In this document: positions 48,105 through 60,889 of the stretch, in pieces
How positions within the stretch are numbered: position 1 is the first letter of the stretch
Layout: every line of letters starts with the position of its first letter
NCBI RefSeq assembly: GCF_011386835.1
Contig: NC_088793.1
Coordinates: 8,370,001 to 8,434,000, forward strand
Direction of reading: 5' to 3'
From: Chrysemys picta bellii
Lineage: Eukaryota
DNA length: 64,000 bases
The notes under the pieces: model-generated
What the model was told of the DNA's origin: nothing
Database searches by the model: none
Seen by the model: the letters and a program-made list of their open reading frames with translations, nothing else
Program-made: the position numbers and the translations under genes

Positions 48105-49625
48105 CACAGAATCCTGGAAACCATCCTGGAAGGGACCTCCAGAAGTCATCTAGTCCAGCCCCCTGTAATGAGGCAGGACCAAGTAAATCTAGATCATCCC
48201 TGACGAGCGTTTGTCTGCTCTAACCTGCACTTAAAAACCTCCAAAGACGGAGAGTCCACAACCTCCCTCGGAAGCCTAGTCAAGCATTTAACTACCCTTA
48301 TAGTTAAAAAGTGTTTCCTAATAAATTGCCTAAACCTCCCTTGCTGTGGATTACATCCATTACTTGTCCTAATTTCAGTGGACATGGAGAACAATTGATC
48401 ACCATCATCTTTATAATAGCCATTAACAGATTTGAAGATTATTAGCAGTCCTGAGTCTTCTAATCTCAGGACTAAACATGCACAATTTTTTTAACCTTTC
48501 CTCACAGGTCAGGTTTTCTAAATCTCGGATCATTTTTGTTACTCTCCTCTGGACTCACCAATTTGTCCACATCTTTTTTAAAGTCTGGCACCTAGAACTG
48601 GACAAAGTATTCCCGCTGAGGCCTCATTAGTGCCAAGTCAAGTGGGATAAATAACTTCCATGTCTAACATACACCTCTACCCCGATATAACGCAACCTGA
48701 TATAACACAAATTCGGATATAACGCGGTAAAGCAGTGCTCGGGGGAGTGTGGGGGGATGCTGCGCACGCCGGCGAATCAAAGCAAGTTCGATATAAGGCA
48801 GTAAGATTTTTGGCTCCCGAGGACAGCGTTATATCGGGGTAGAGGTGTACAAGACTCCTGTTATTACACCCCAGAATATTAGCCTTCTTTATAACTATTA
48901 CATTGTTGACTCATTCAATTTGTGATCCCCCAGATCCTTTTCAGCAGTACAACAACCTAACCAATTATTCCCCATTTTGTAGTTGTGCATTTGATTTTTC
49001 CTTCCTAAATGTAGCACTTTGCACTTGTCCTGATTGACTTTATTTTGTTGATTTCAGACCAATTCTCTAATTTCTCACGGTTGTTTTGAATTCTAATCCT
49101 GTCTTCCAAAGTGCTTGCAACTCCTCCCCACTTGGTGTCATCTACAGACTTTAAAAGAACACTTTCCACTCCATTATCCAAGTCATTAATGACAATATTG
49201 ACTAGTTGCAGACCCAGGACTGACCCCTGCAGAACCCCACTAGATACACCCTCCCAGTCTGATAGCAGACCATTGATACCTACTCTTTGAGGACAATCTC
49301 TCAACCAGTTGTGCAACCCACCTTACAGTAAATTTCACCTAGCTCACATTTTCCTAGTTTGCTTATGAGAATGTTGTGTGGGACTGTATCAAAAGCCTTA
49401 CCAACAAAACAAAACAAAAAAAATCAAGATATATCACACCTACAGCTTCCCCGCTAGGCCAATAACCCTGTCAAAGGAGGAATTTAGGTTGGTTTGACAA
49501 GATTTGCTCTTGACAAATCCATGTTGGCTATTCCTTGTAACCCCACTATGCTCTAGCTGTTTACAAAATGATGATTTAATAATTTGTTCCAGACCTTTTC
49601 CAGATCCTGAAGTGAGGCTGACTAC
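48105..49625 (-). mobile_element. CR1 LINE, about 1.3 kb, split by a Tigger-like MITE
   Basis: Minus ORF 49005-49316: SDWEGVSSGVLQGSVLGLQLVNIVINDLDNGVESVLLKSVDDTKWGG (CR1 RT). Confidence 0.92.
48672..48847. mobile_element. Tigger-like MITE, copy 4
   Basis: TIRs cacctctaccccgatataac / gttatatcggggtagaggtg; TA TSD; inserted inside a CR1. Confidence 0.95.
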
Positions 49626-52528
49626 AGAAATTATAACTACTGCTTCACTTTTGGCAGTGAAGACAAAGCCTCTGGGGATGTGCTATTCCTCTCTCCCTTT
49701 CCTCCCCACTCCATTAGGCTTTCACTCTGTCCACCACCCCCAGCCCTCAATTTCTTTTTCATTTTACCTGCTCCCCTCTTATTCCAGCAACCCTTTCTGA
49801 CCATTCACACAATTCCCAACTCCAAATTTCAAGTGACAGATAGAAAGTGTCTGCCCTTCAACAGGAGAACTGATGTATGCTGTCCTTTTTCCAGGTGTTT
49901 CTCTGAATCTGCTAACACTACTTCAGTCCTACTGGGCTGAGCAACAGACGGCTCTTAAAGCCCCACTCTCAGACACCAGGGAAGCCACGCAGCTAGACCT
50001 GATAGATCAGACAAGATGAAGAGAGCTGAAGAAACATGCACGTTGATAAATGTACTGTAACTTATACCCTCTAATCCCTCCTAAAGGCTCTATTTACTTT
50101 CCTAGCCTTTACAATCATCTAAAGAATTCTACTCATGGAAGTATTATCCACCAGTGTGCTCTTATTACTCAGCCTGTCTGGCCAGGTAGTAAACTGCCAG
50201 CACCATACACACAGGTGATCATATCTGCTAAGGCCAGAAGGGCCTGAGTAGGCTGCGGAGGCAGTATGTCTAGCCTCAAGGGAGGCATCATGCTTTTCTC
50301 TCCAGCAAAAACATCTGGCACAACCCAAGCGTGGTGCGAGTGGTCTGCAAAAATAGCCCGAGGGAGGGTCAGCAGGACTCAGAGCCTTTGCTGGGGGACA
50401 GGGGAATTGTACACCCGAGTAGAAGTCAGTCAAGTATGCTACCATCCACAGAGACACCACTTCATCGTAACTCTCATAAAGCCCAAGTATCTCACATCGA
50501 GGCATTGGCAACAAGGACAACTGATCTGTCATCTAAACAAACAAGGTCACCAATGCCTTTTATGCTCCCCCACCAAGTAAACAGAAGAGAGAAATAAACC
50601 CCTTATGTATCACTGTGGAATACGGAGACTCCATGCCAATTACTATAAACTGTATCTACGCAGATCAATACTGCTGGTTAGGTTACCGACTTTTCATAAT
50701 TCAGGCCCGTGTTGCAGTAACAGGGCTTCAAATTTGCGGGGGGTGGGAGGGAAGGAAGAATGTTACATACCTCTGTAGTATTCAATTTAAGTACATCTTC
50801 CTGTCTTGGACCACCACATAAGTCACATCAGACAGTACAGGGATAGACCGTTTCTACCCACCTGGTTACTATTGTGCCCAGCAACATTTTTCTTGTTTAC
50901 CTCGCTATATTGATGGCAGATCTGCATTATTATTGTATTCTCTGTCAACCACACACTTATGTAGTGGTTACAGTGCTGATTTGGTCATTCACTGAGACCT
51001 GCCCCATTAATCTAGTTACATGCCTGACTAGAGGGAGTTATTGTGATACAATAGCATCATGCTAGACCCTTCCCTTCCAACACAAGGTAACAGCTGCAAG
51101 AGGTTTTCTAGGGAAATGCAATATACAATGTAAGATGTTTAAATAAAATCCATTTCATTAGCTTCAATACTGAGTAGCTCATTGCCTTCTCTTTACCAGT
51201 CATAGCATATTCTTACTCTCTCTGTTGTCCTTTCTCCATTTTCTCTCTGTTTTCTTCCTCTCCTTTTTCCCTGCCTCTCCTTGCCTTTCAGTGAAAAAAA
51301 GAAAAACAAAAGGGATGGAATCAAAGTAGAGTCCATTTTCTGCCTGGAAATGGTCCCACCTTGCCCTGCAGCTGGCTTTTTACAGCTTCTCTTCTTACCC
51401 CACTCGCTGCCCCTGCCACAATGACTGCTAGGTGCCCCCTAAATAAGGGCTTTTCAAAAGCTAGGTGCTTTGCTCACACAGTGCCTGCCTGGAGGAACCC
51501 AACAAACTCTGAATGCTGAATACCCATGATATACAGCAAGCTTTTACAAACATTTTGAACCTGAATATGAAAGTGACAAGAGTCACAGAATAAATTAGAA
51601 CTGACATTAAAATGCTTGCGTAGTTACTGACTTGATGTGGTAATGATCCTAATTTAACAAGGCAAATTGTGGTTCAGCAATTCACATAGTTTTCTTAACA
51701 TCTTGCACAATCTATTTCTTTAGCACCTATAAATTTCAAGTTATTTTCTTTAAAAAAGTGGAAGTCACAGAACAAAGAAAAGGAGACTTCCACAGAATCT
51801 GCATGTTTCCAAGTAATCCTATTTTAAAATTGGCCAGGGTCATGTGTGGGGACATACTGAATCTCTTGAAATTATGCTTTATTTTGAAAAGTTAATAGAG
51901 CACAGATCACCAAATACCTTTTCAAACCAAAGAGGATAAACTGCAACAATATTATCCATGCACCAAGGCTATTTATTTAACAGATTTTTGCTGAAATAGA
52001 GGTGCCCCAACTGGTTTAGCAAAGCATTCAAGGAACTGCTGGGTCATATTACTGAGGGCATTTTTATACTGACATGTAATAAAGATTAGAGGAGTTTAAC
52101 CATAACACAGATCTGCTTAAAGTGACAGCTATTCTTTTCAAGGGAAAACGCTTTGGCTTTTGAAAAAATTCCCTGAACAGTTTCCCTTGTTTACAAAAGT
52201 TTCCAAGCAGTCTAGTTGCAGCACACACTGTGCTCCTGAACCAAGGATCTCTGTTCAAGACCAGAACTCCAGCTCTGTGCCTAGTAAAAGAGGGATGAGC
52301 GTCGTGCCCTGTCTATAATAAAAATCAATCGGCGATATTTTTCACCAGTTAGTGGTGCTCATCTAATGTGGGAACAGCACACTCATTTGAAATGTGCCCA
52401 CACCGCAGCATTTTACCTCCTCCCCAAACAGTCATGTGTCAAGTGTTTGTGAATTTGTACCAACCACAATTCTTAATCATGTGTGTAGCTAGCTATGTGT
52501 GCTGGGAAAATCTGAGCATGTAACACAC

Positions 52529-52803
52529 AGGCCCATCTATGCGGGGAAATCTTCCCCCAAAAAATTCCAACTGGTTTTAAAACCAGCTCAGCTAAACAGA
52601 TTTTGCTGGAGTCCAGGGTAGTCCACAACCATTTTTTACCACACCAGTTGCAAAACCAGCTTGAGATGGTTTTGAGACACATTCGTTTGAAATTGTTCAA
52701 GCTGCCTGAACTCTCATCTACGCTACAGCGCCAGCCAATTACATCTGTTTAGCTGAACCGATTTTAAAATCTGGGGGAAGTTCTCCCAGTGTATACCAGG
52801 CCT
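52529..52803. mobile_element. Old Harbinger-type MITE
   Basis: Ends aggcccatctatgcgggg / cccagtgtataccaggcct, with internal inverted aaccagctcagctaaacag / ctgtttagctgaacc. Confidence 0.65.
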
Positions 52804-53573
52804 GTCATGCCTCTGCAGTAGATCATATGCCCACAGACTATCCACTCAGCAGTATATGTAACAATGCACGCTGAAATGTCTTCTGCATAGAACACTGGGG
52901 TGGAAGGAGGGCCACCCACGCCATTTACACAGATGCTATTTGGAGAGGGGGTTTAGGCTCCAATAAAAACAGTGCTGAACTGGTTACAGGAAGGCACCCA
53001 ATAGCAAGGGCAAAACACTTAGCAGCTATGGTTACTAAGAGTATTAGCCACATTGGACACAAACCACATTTAGAGCCAACCATTGTCACTAACTCAATGC
53101 TTTCAACCTGGGCATGGGGTGAGGAGGTAGGCTACGCTGGGGGTGAGGAGACAAGCAGAGAAGAGGAGCAGTGGTGGCACTCTGACTCAACTGCAACGGC
53201 TCCCAAAAACTGTGGTCTACGATGCACTCAAGTGATCCTCTTTGGCCAACACATGGGACAGCATCTTATTCAGACCTCCGTCTCCAAAAGTAGAGTGGCT
53301 ACAGGGGAAGAAGTGAGAGACCCTAGGAGAAGCCACCCTACTTAAAAAATAAAGCACCAGAGGTTTACCAGTTGATATTCTGCCTGAAAGAGAGTTCTAT
53401 TTAATATTAGAATAGGCTGGTAATTTCCTGACAAGAACTTCTCCAATCAATAACGCATAACACTTGTTTGTAAGAGAACTACACAAGTTAGGTACTTGAC
53501 GTTTTGACAACTCTTTCCGTCAAACTGTCCAAAATAACCCCTGAGAAGCTTGCAGCTGAAGTCCGTTTTGTTA

Positions 53574-53624
53574 CGGAAGTGACCCGCATACATGATATTG
53601 TTTCTTGTGAGGCGGAGCCAATAG
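53574..53624. promoter_or_regulatory. Cluster of promoter motifs: ETS, GC-box and CCAAT
   Basis: CGGAAGTG (53574-53581), GAGGCGGAGC (53609-53618) and CCAAT (53618-53622). Motif matches only. Confidence 0.4.
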
Positions 53625-53779
53625 ATTTGAAGTGTTTTTTCCTTTAAGAAAAATATACTACATGGATTAGTTTGACCTTGGATAGTAAAGATTAAATTTT
53701 TAAAACAGGTTTTAAAAATATCTATTTCAATTTCTCCGTGTGGATGCGCTGCTTCTGGATGCATGTCCCCTAGCACTCG

Positions 53780-54786
53780 GGACTGGTGCCACAGGCAAGC
53801 CTTGCCTTAGTTTCCCCAAGCCAGGTATAGGCCAGTCCAAACAAATCTCTGTATCAAAGAGTGCCCCCCCTTCGGAGGGCCTCATTCACTGACATCATAA
53901 ATGAACACAAACATAAGCAAGATCTTACTCAGGAACCCCCAGGGCATCCATCATCCTGCAGTCAGTGCAGCTAGCTTTGGACAATGACCTCTGGCTCCTC
54001 CCTTCAAGAGTCCTCTTCCCTTCTCCTGGAAACAATCGCTGGTTCCTTTTCTTCCAGATAACCCCACTTCCTTCACCGGGGGGACAGTCTCTGATTCCTT
54101 CTCCCAGAATACTCTTCTTCTCTCTTCATGGAAACAGTCTCAGGATATGTCTATACTACAGCTGGAAGCAACCCTCCCACCCCAAGTAGACAGATTCACA
54201 CCCAGTAAGTCCACTTGACCCGCCTACGCTTGAGAGACCCGAGCGCCAATGTCCACACTGTTATTGCTAGCGCGCTAGCTTGCACCCAAGTAGCACGAAA
54301 CTGCCTACCCGCACTGGGAGGTTCGCTCCCAGCTGCAGTGTAGACATTCCCTCAGATTCCTTCCCTTCAAGATACTCCTGCTCCTGGCAACTGGGAAACA
54401 GACTCACTCTCTCCCTGGAACTCTCTCAGTTCCCTTCCTCATGGCTACTCCTGTTCCTTACCCAAGGACATACTCCCTCTGGGGTTGCCCCCTTACAAAC
54501 CTCTTCTGAGAAGAATCCTGTGCAAGCTGAAAAGCTTGTTCTTCTGACCAGCAGCAGCTGGTCCAATAAAAGATATTACCTCATCCACCTGGTCTGTCGT
54601 CTCATCAGAGGTACTTTCCTCCTGAGAGCTTTTCCCCAACTGAGCTCAGGCAGCCTTTTTATAGGGTGCAGGTGCACCATTATCAGCCACCTGGGACAAC
54701 CACCTAGACTCCGGGGAGTCTTCAGAGGGCCATCCTGGGCAACCTAGGCCTTGATTCTCCTTAAAGGGCCAATTGGTCCTTGACAC
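53780..54786 (-). mobile_element. Probable solo LTR containing a Harbinger MITE
   Basis: CT-rich LTR-like block with reverse-strand TATA-like (ctataaaaaggctgcc) and AATAAA-associated segments, ending ...ccttgaca; no TSD is resolved. Confidence 0.45.
54143..54351. mobile_element. PIF/Harbinger MITE
   Basis: Ends ggatatgtctatact / agtgtagacattccc; TSD TCA on both sides. Confidence 0.88.
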
Positions 54787-55459
54787 TATTGCTGGAACTA
54801 GTGATTCAATACTAGTTACAGTGAGAGGAGATTTTCAGAACTGTTTTAAGTTATACTGTTTTCTAGAAGAAAAAAAAAACTGGTTAAACCAGTGAAGCTC
54901 TGAAAGTTTCCAGCCTCTCTCAAATTCATGTCATGGGCTGCATTTCTTTGTGGTTTCCTGTTTGTAATTTCTCCAATATACTTAAGACATTTGTTTTAAA
55001 ACATAATTTACTCTTTTTGTTCACAAATTAAGATTAAACTATGTAAACACTTGTCTGAAGGAAAAACAAAATTTTACATGGGCTTTATCAGTGGATAAGA
55101 GGAAAGAGTTGCTTAAATTTGGTGTCTTCCCCATATCCCTTGAGATGTACACAGAGTCACTATTTTTAAAACAAGCAATTCTTTAGCTCCTTTCTTAATT
55201 GTTCAAGGAGATTTCAGCTGAAGAAAAACTCAGTGGATGTCACACACATGCCAATGTTACAATGGACCCATTTCTTAATTTGCATAAGAAAGAAATTATC
55301 TAACTGTTGAAAGCTTATGCACATGTCATTTTAGCAAGTGAACCAAAATTCTTAAATTATTCTAATTTTCTTACTTGCTCCTAAGTCAAAACTGAACACA
55401 CATTAAATGCTTCCAGCACTTACCACAAACCTGGATAATAAGAACAAGTTTCCCTTGGG

Positions 55460-55710
55460 GAGGAAGGTCAGCCACATGGTTAAGGCACAAAATTATTGAG
55501 TTCTGACAGATGGGTTCCACCCAAGGTCTGCTACTGACTCACTGCAAGACCTTGGGTGTGTCATTTAAGGCTTGTGACTCAGTTTAGTCATCTCTAAAAT
55601 GGAAATACTGCTTGCCTACCCCTCAGTGACATTGCAAGGGCAAGTTCATGCATGTTTGTAAAGTTCTTTGGAATCTTTGGACTGAAGGCACCGTATAGAC
55701 ATCAATGATC
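55460..55710 (+). mobile_element. MIR-like CORE SINE
   Basis: atggttaaggcac...actgactcactgcaagaccttggg...ctcagtttagtcatctctaaaatgg. Confidence 0.7.
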
Positions 55711-55721
55711 ATGAGGTACAG

Positions 55722-55998
55722 TTGACACATCTGAAGTCCCTAACAGGGTTAGCCCAGGTTGCTGGCACAGCTATGCTGGTCATGGGTGTGATAAGGTGTG
55801 ATTTCTGGCTGACAAAAGCCCTTAATGTAGATGCAGTTTGTTTATAAATTATACACACAATTAAATGTTTGCTGCTATAGCTTATTTCTGGCAAAAGCAG
55901 ATTTGTTGGTATATGCTGCATTCACATTAGGAGCACTTCCCTGTTATAGTATACGGATACAGTTAGACTGAAAAGCTCTCCTAATGTAGACCTGGCCT
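55722..55998. mobile_element. Old Harbinger-type MITE
   Basis: Right end ctaatgtagacctggcc; the left end is degenerate. Confidence 0.5.
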
Positions 55999-56348
55999 TT
56001 GATTGATTGAGCTACTCCATTCCTCTTTTAGAGAGGTCAAACAGGTGCTTCGCAATTGCTCTTCTGCCCCACTGGCTGCCTCGCGGAATACCACAGGGGT
56101 TCTATGGCATCACCTCTCTCTCTCTCACACATCCTAATGGCCTCATAATGAGGGTGATTAGGCTACAGTGTCTCTAATATACTGATAAAATGGCAACAGA
56201 GCTCCAGTTATCTGTCCTGGCTGATACAGCTGAACAATTCACTCACTCAGTGTATCATCTGAGGCTAGGGCTAGCTGGCTGAGGAACAACCCAAACAAGA
56301 CAGAGGAAGACTATGGTATTCATGGGTTGGGGGAAGACAACCAGGGGA

Positions 56349-57452
56349 AATAGAATCATAGAAGATTAGGGTTGGAAGAGACTTCAGGAGGTCATCTAGT
56401 CCAACCCCCTGCTCAAAGCAGGACCAACCCCAACTAAATCATCCCAGCCAGGGCTTTGTCAAGCCGGGCCTTAAAACCTCTAAGGATGGAGATTCCACCA
56501 CTTCCCTAGGTAACCCATTCCAGTGCTTCACCACCCTCCCAGTGAAATAGTTTTTCCTAATATCCAACCTAAACCTCCCCCACTGCAACTTGAGACCATT
56601 GCTCCTTGTTGTCATTTGCCACCACTGAGAACAGCCGAGCTCCATCCTCTTTGGAACCCCCCTTCAGGTAGCTGAAGGCTGCTATCAAACCCCCCTCATC
56701 CTTCTCTTCTGCAGACTAAATAAGCCCAGTTCTCACAGCCTCTCCTCATAAGTCATGTGCTCTTGCCCCCTAATAATTTTCATTGCCCTCTGCTGGACTC
56801 TCTCTAATTTGTCCACACCCTTGGGGGGGGGGGGGGGAGGGAGAGCCAAAACTGGACACAATACTCCAGATGTGGCCTCACCAGTGTCGAATAGAGGGGA
56901 ATAATCACTTCCCTCAATCTGCTGGCAATGCTCCTACTAATGCAGCCCAATATGCCGTTAGTCTTCTTGGCAACAAGGGCACACTGTTGACTCATATGCA
57001 GCTTCTCATCCACTGTAATCCCCGGTCCTTTTCTGCAGAACTGCCGCTTGCCCATTCAGTCCCTAGTCTGTAACAGTGAATGGGATTCTTCTGTCCTAAG
57101 TGCAGGACTCTGCACTTGTCCTTGTTGAACTTCATCAGATTTCTTTTGGCCCAATACTCCAATTTGTCTAGGTCACTCTGGATCCTATCCCTACCCTCCA
57201 GCGTATCTACCTCTCCCCACAGCTTAGTGTCATCCGCAATCCATCCCATCATCCAGATCATTAATGAACATGTTGAACAAAACTGTCTCCATAACCTACC
57301 CCTGGGGCACTCCACTTCATACCGGCTGCCAACTAGACATCGAGCCATTGACCACTACCCGTTGAGCCTCATGATCTAGCCATCTTTTTATCCACCTTAT
57401 AGTCCATTCATCCAATTCATACTTTTTTAACTTGCTGGCAAGAATACTGTGG
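56349..57452 (-). mobile_element. CR1 LINE (PsCR1-like), about 1.1 kb
   Basis: Minus ORFs 56439-56645, 56804-57055 and 56992-57348 ([27 protein letters not shown]; [20 protein letters not shown]); (ATTCTATG)n tail. Confidence 0.96.
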
Positions 57453-57713
57453 GATCACAGAAAGCATATCGGGCCTCCAGATTGCAAGAATGCACTTGCT
57501 GCTTGTTACTGGCTTCAGTTTGGGGTTCATGTTAGATCCTGGATGGTGAAACAACTGTAGCCAAGAGAGTCCGCTTCTCCAGCTGCATTTGGCAAGAAGA
57601 GTTGACAATTTCTTTTGGATGCAGAGCTCGTTATGAGTTAGCCATGCATTCATCATCTCAAGATTAGTGGTGTGTCATACGCTCAACATGAAGCTAGGAC
57701 TTAAGGTCACTTA

Positions 57714-57967
57714 GGACAGGTCTACACTAGAAGTGCTACATCAGCACAGCTCCATGGATGCAGCTACGCCACTGTAGCGCGTCTGGTGAAGACACTCTAT
57801 GCCGACGGGAGAATGTCTCCCGCCAACATCGCACCGCATGGACAGCAGCGCTTCGGTCACTGTAACTTGTGTCGCTCGGGGGGGGGGGGGGGGGGGGTCT
57901 TTTTTTTTTTTTCACACCCCTAACCAATGTAAGTTAAATAGATTTAAGCAGTGGTGTAGACCTGCCC
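57714..57967. mobile_element. PIF/Harbinger MITE
   Basis: Ends ggacaggtctacac / gtgtagacctgccc; TSD TTA on both sides; internal G-run and T-run. Confidence 0.92.
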
Positions 57968-58025
57968 TTACAATCTTATATTGATGCAGAATGTAGCTGC
58001 CCACTTGAGTGGTACTTCTTGAAGG

Positions 58026-58965
58026 CATAGAATCATAGAATTGTAGGGTTGGAAGGAACCTCGAGAGGTCATTTAGTCCAGCCCTTTGCACCCCTGGCAG
58101 GACTATGTATTATCAGACCATCCCTGACAGGTGTTTGTCTAACCTGCTCTTAAAAATCTCCAATGATGGAGATTCCACAACCTCTCTGGCAATTTAACTA
58201 GTGCTTAACTACACTGACAGTTAGGAAGTTTTTCCTATTGTTCAACCTAAACCACTCTTGCTGCAATTAAAGCCCATTGCTTCTTGGCCTATGCTCAGAG
58301 GTTAATGAGAATAATATTTCTCTCTTCCTTGTAACAACCTTTGATGTACTTGAAAACTGTTATATCCCCCTTCAGTCTTCGCTTCTCCAGACTACACAAA
58401 CCCAATGTTTTAAATCTTCCCGCATAGGTCATGTTTTCTAGATGTTCCATTGTATTTGTGGCTCTTCTCTGGACTTCCTCCAATTTGTCCACATCTTTCC
58501 TAAAATGTGGTGCCCAGAACTGGACACAATACTCCAGTTGAGCCTAATCAGCATGGAGTACAGCAAAAGAATTACTTCTCATGTTTTGCTTACAACACTC
58601 TTGCTAATACATCCCAGAATGAGGTTTGCTTTTTTTGCCACAGCGTTACACTGTTGACTCATATTTAGCTTGTGATCCACTATGACCCCCAGATCCCTTT
58701 CCACAGTACTCCTTCCTAGGCAGTCATTTCCCATTTTATGTGTGTGCAACTGATTGTTCCTTCCTGAGTGGAGTACTTTGCATTTGTCCTTATTGAATTT
58801 CATCCTACTGACTTCAGACCATTTCTCCAGTTTGTTCAGATCATTCTGAATTTTAATCCTATCCTCCAAAGCACTGGCAACCCCTCCCAGCTTGGTTAGA
58901 GTCCACAAACTCTATAAGTGTACTCTATGCCATTATCTAAATCAATGATGAAGATATTGAATGGA
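58026..58965 (-). mobile_element. CR1 LINE, about 0.9 kb
   Basis: Minus ORFs 58579-58908 (TKLGGVASALEDRIKIQNDLNKLEKWSE) and 58295-58492. Confidence 0.96.
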
Positions 58966-59167
58966 CACATCAACACACTATAGTCAGCACTATCTTCCAG
59001 TTATAGTTTATGTAACATCAGCATTCTGCTAGGCCCTTTACCTGGACAAGTATTGACTTATTTGTTTTCAGACAGAATTTAAAAGATATTGTTTTGAATG
59101 TGTGCTACCTTGATACCTGAGGGTCCACTTTTCTCATAGGATGCAATATCACCGTAATTTCAATCAG

Positions 59168-59203
59168 CCAATGAACAAAGGCCAATGTCTGCCTATATAA
59201 AAA
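59168..59203 (+). promoter_or_regulatory. CCAAT-CCAAT-TATA core promoter-like arrangement
   Basis: CCAAT at 59168 and 59182, TATATAAAAA at 59194-59203. Motif spacing only. Confidence 0.4.
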
Positions 59204-59845
59204 GAGGAAACTACTGACAATATTTTTTGCAAGGTGTCCTCAATCTCAGTCGCTCCCCCTTTTCCTAGCAAAGCCTAAATTTGTTGACTATCAGAATATG
59301 CTGTAAAGCTAATGTATTTCTTCAGGATTTCGTTCAAGGGGTATTTGAGGACTATGGGGTGATCAGATATCAGAGGCTATTTTGTTAGTGGTCTGTTATT
59401 TTCTTACTTAGGGTTGTCTTGGATGAGAAGAACAAGTTGTTGTATTTTGGGATTTTAATCTTTAGTTTTGTATATTAAATATGTGTATATGCGTCCGGAG
59501 CTCCAGAGTAGGTGGCTTTACATACAACTGGAAGAAAAATAAAGGTGCAAAGCATTATTTCAGAGCATTTTAGGTGATTTGTACTACATCTCTCAATCAA
59601 GATAGTATAACTGAGCATTTGTATTCCTTACAAAACAACCAATCCACTATAAAAATACTGTATGTAACTACAGCAACAACATCCTCCACTTTACAACAAC
59701 ATGGGTCATTAATTTTCTTTTGAAAAATGCACAACTCGCTCCAACACCCTGGGTTTTGTCAAGGTACAATAAGCAAATTAAAAGCTGATCTTTTAACACT
59801 CGATTGCAGAACCAGCCTTCTGACAACCTGATAAAACTCCCTTAC

Positions 59846-59917
59846 CTTGGCAACGCAAGGTGTAAAATTCTCATGTTGATTATACAGAGCATGCCACATG
59901 TTACCATGACTCAGCAG
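59846..59917 (-). other. Candidate 72-nt exon of an unidentified minus-strand transcript
   Basis: Acceptor gtctccgtttctgtag|, donor ccaag|gtaagg. One open frame (LLSHGNMWHALYNQHENFTPCVAK), not recognised. Confidence 0.3.
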
Positions 59918-60889
59918 CTACAGAAACGGAGACTCGGGTTCAAGGCTCCTCACACCCATGGCCATACCCAATACGGACTTTGGCTTCAAAGTTTATGCAG
60001 TTTTTCATCTGACATTTTTCCGTGGAAAGCTCAATCACAGCAACAAATTAAGACACCTTTAAAATACTAGTTACACCCTAATGATTTTTGTCCAACCAAT
60101 TTTAAAAGTTCACAAAGATTCTGCTGGAATATATACAAATTCGGTAATTATGAAACCGACAGAAGTCCAGTGCATTCCATGCAGTCTGAGAAGGTGACCA
60201 ACCATACCAGGTTATAAAATGGGCATTCCAGCCTGAACAAAAAAATATAGTTTCTTCTTGTTTTAATCTACAAAACAATCTGCTACTTCCCTCTTTAATC
60301 AACACCCAGATACGCTGCGAGTGACAGTGCGGACAGTTTGTCCTGAATAAAAGACTGCACAAGAGGCTCTCTCCCAAACAAAGATCAGGTTAAAGGCAAT
60401 ATAGATATATTTTCTATCCATGTGTGAAAGTAGCATTACAGCTGAAATTTTAACCGCACAAAAGGCTGATAATTCACATTTATGGTGCCAGCAGCAAGTG
60501 GCTGGCAAGAGGGGAGGGACAGGTGTTGGTACTATTTCTCCCATTTTGGGGTGTTTGTGATGTTATTCAGCACCTTTGTACCTTATGCACCATTCACCAT
60601 TCTGCCTGAAGCCATTAAGCAAGGCAAGGTAGGCATGAAGCACCAAGTGGCAGAATGAAGCAGAAGGGGAACGATTATCTCGGGGCCAGGAAAGGCTGCA
60701 CTCTCAGGCCCACCAGTATGACTCATCACTTGACAGCAGGACAAAGCGTTCTCCAACCTCATGTTAGGGGTTCCTGCTGTGGCAAGTGTTTCCCTAAAAA
60801 TTGAGTGTTATTTTCTCAGTTTGAGATCAGGTACAGCAAAACATCACAGTTGTTTAATTTGTACAAAATAAAGCGGCATTGCATTATAC

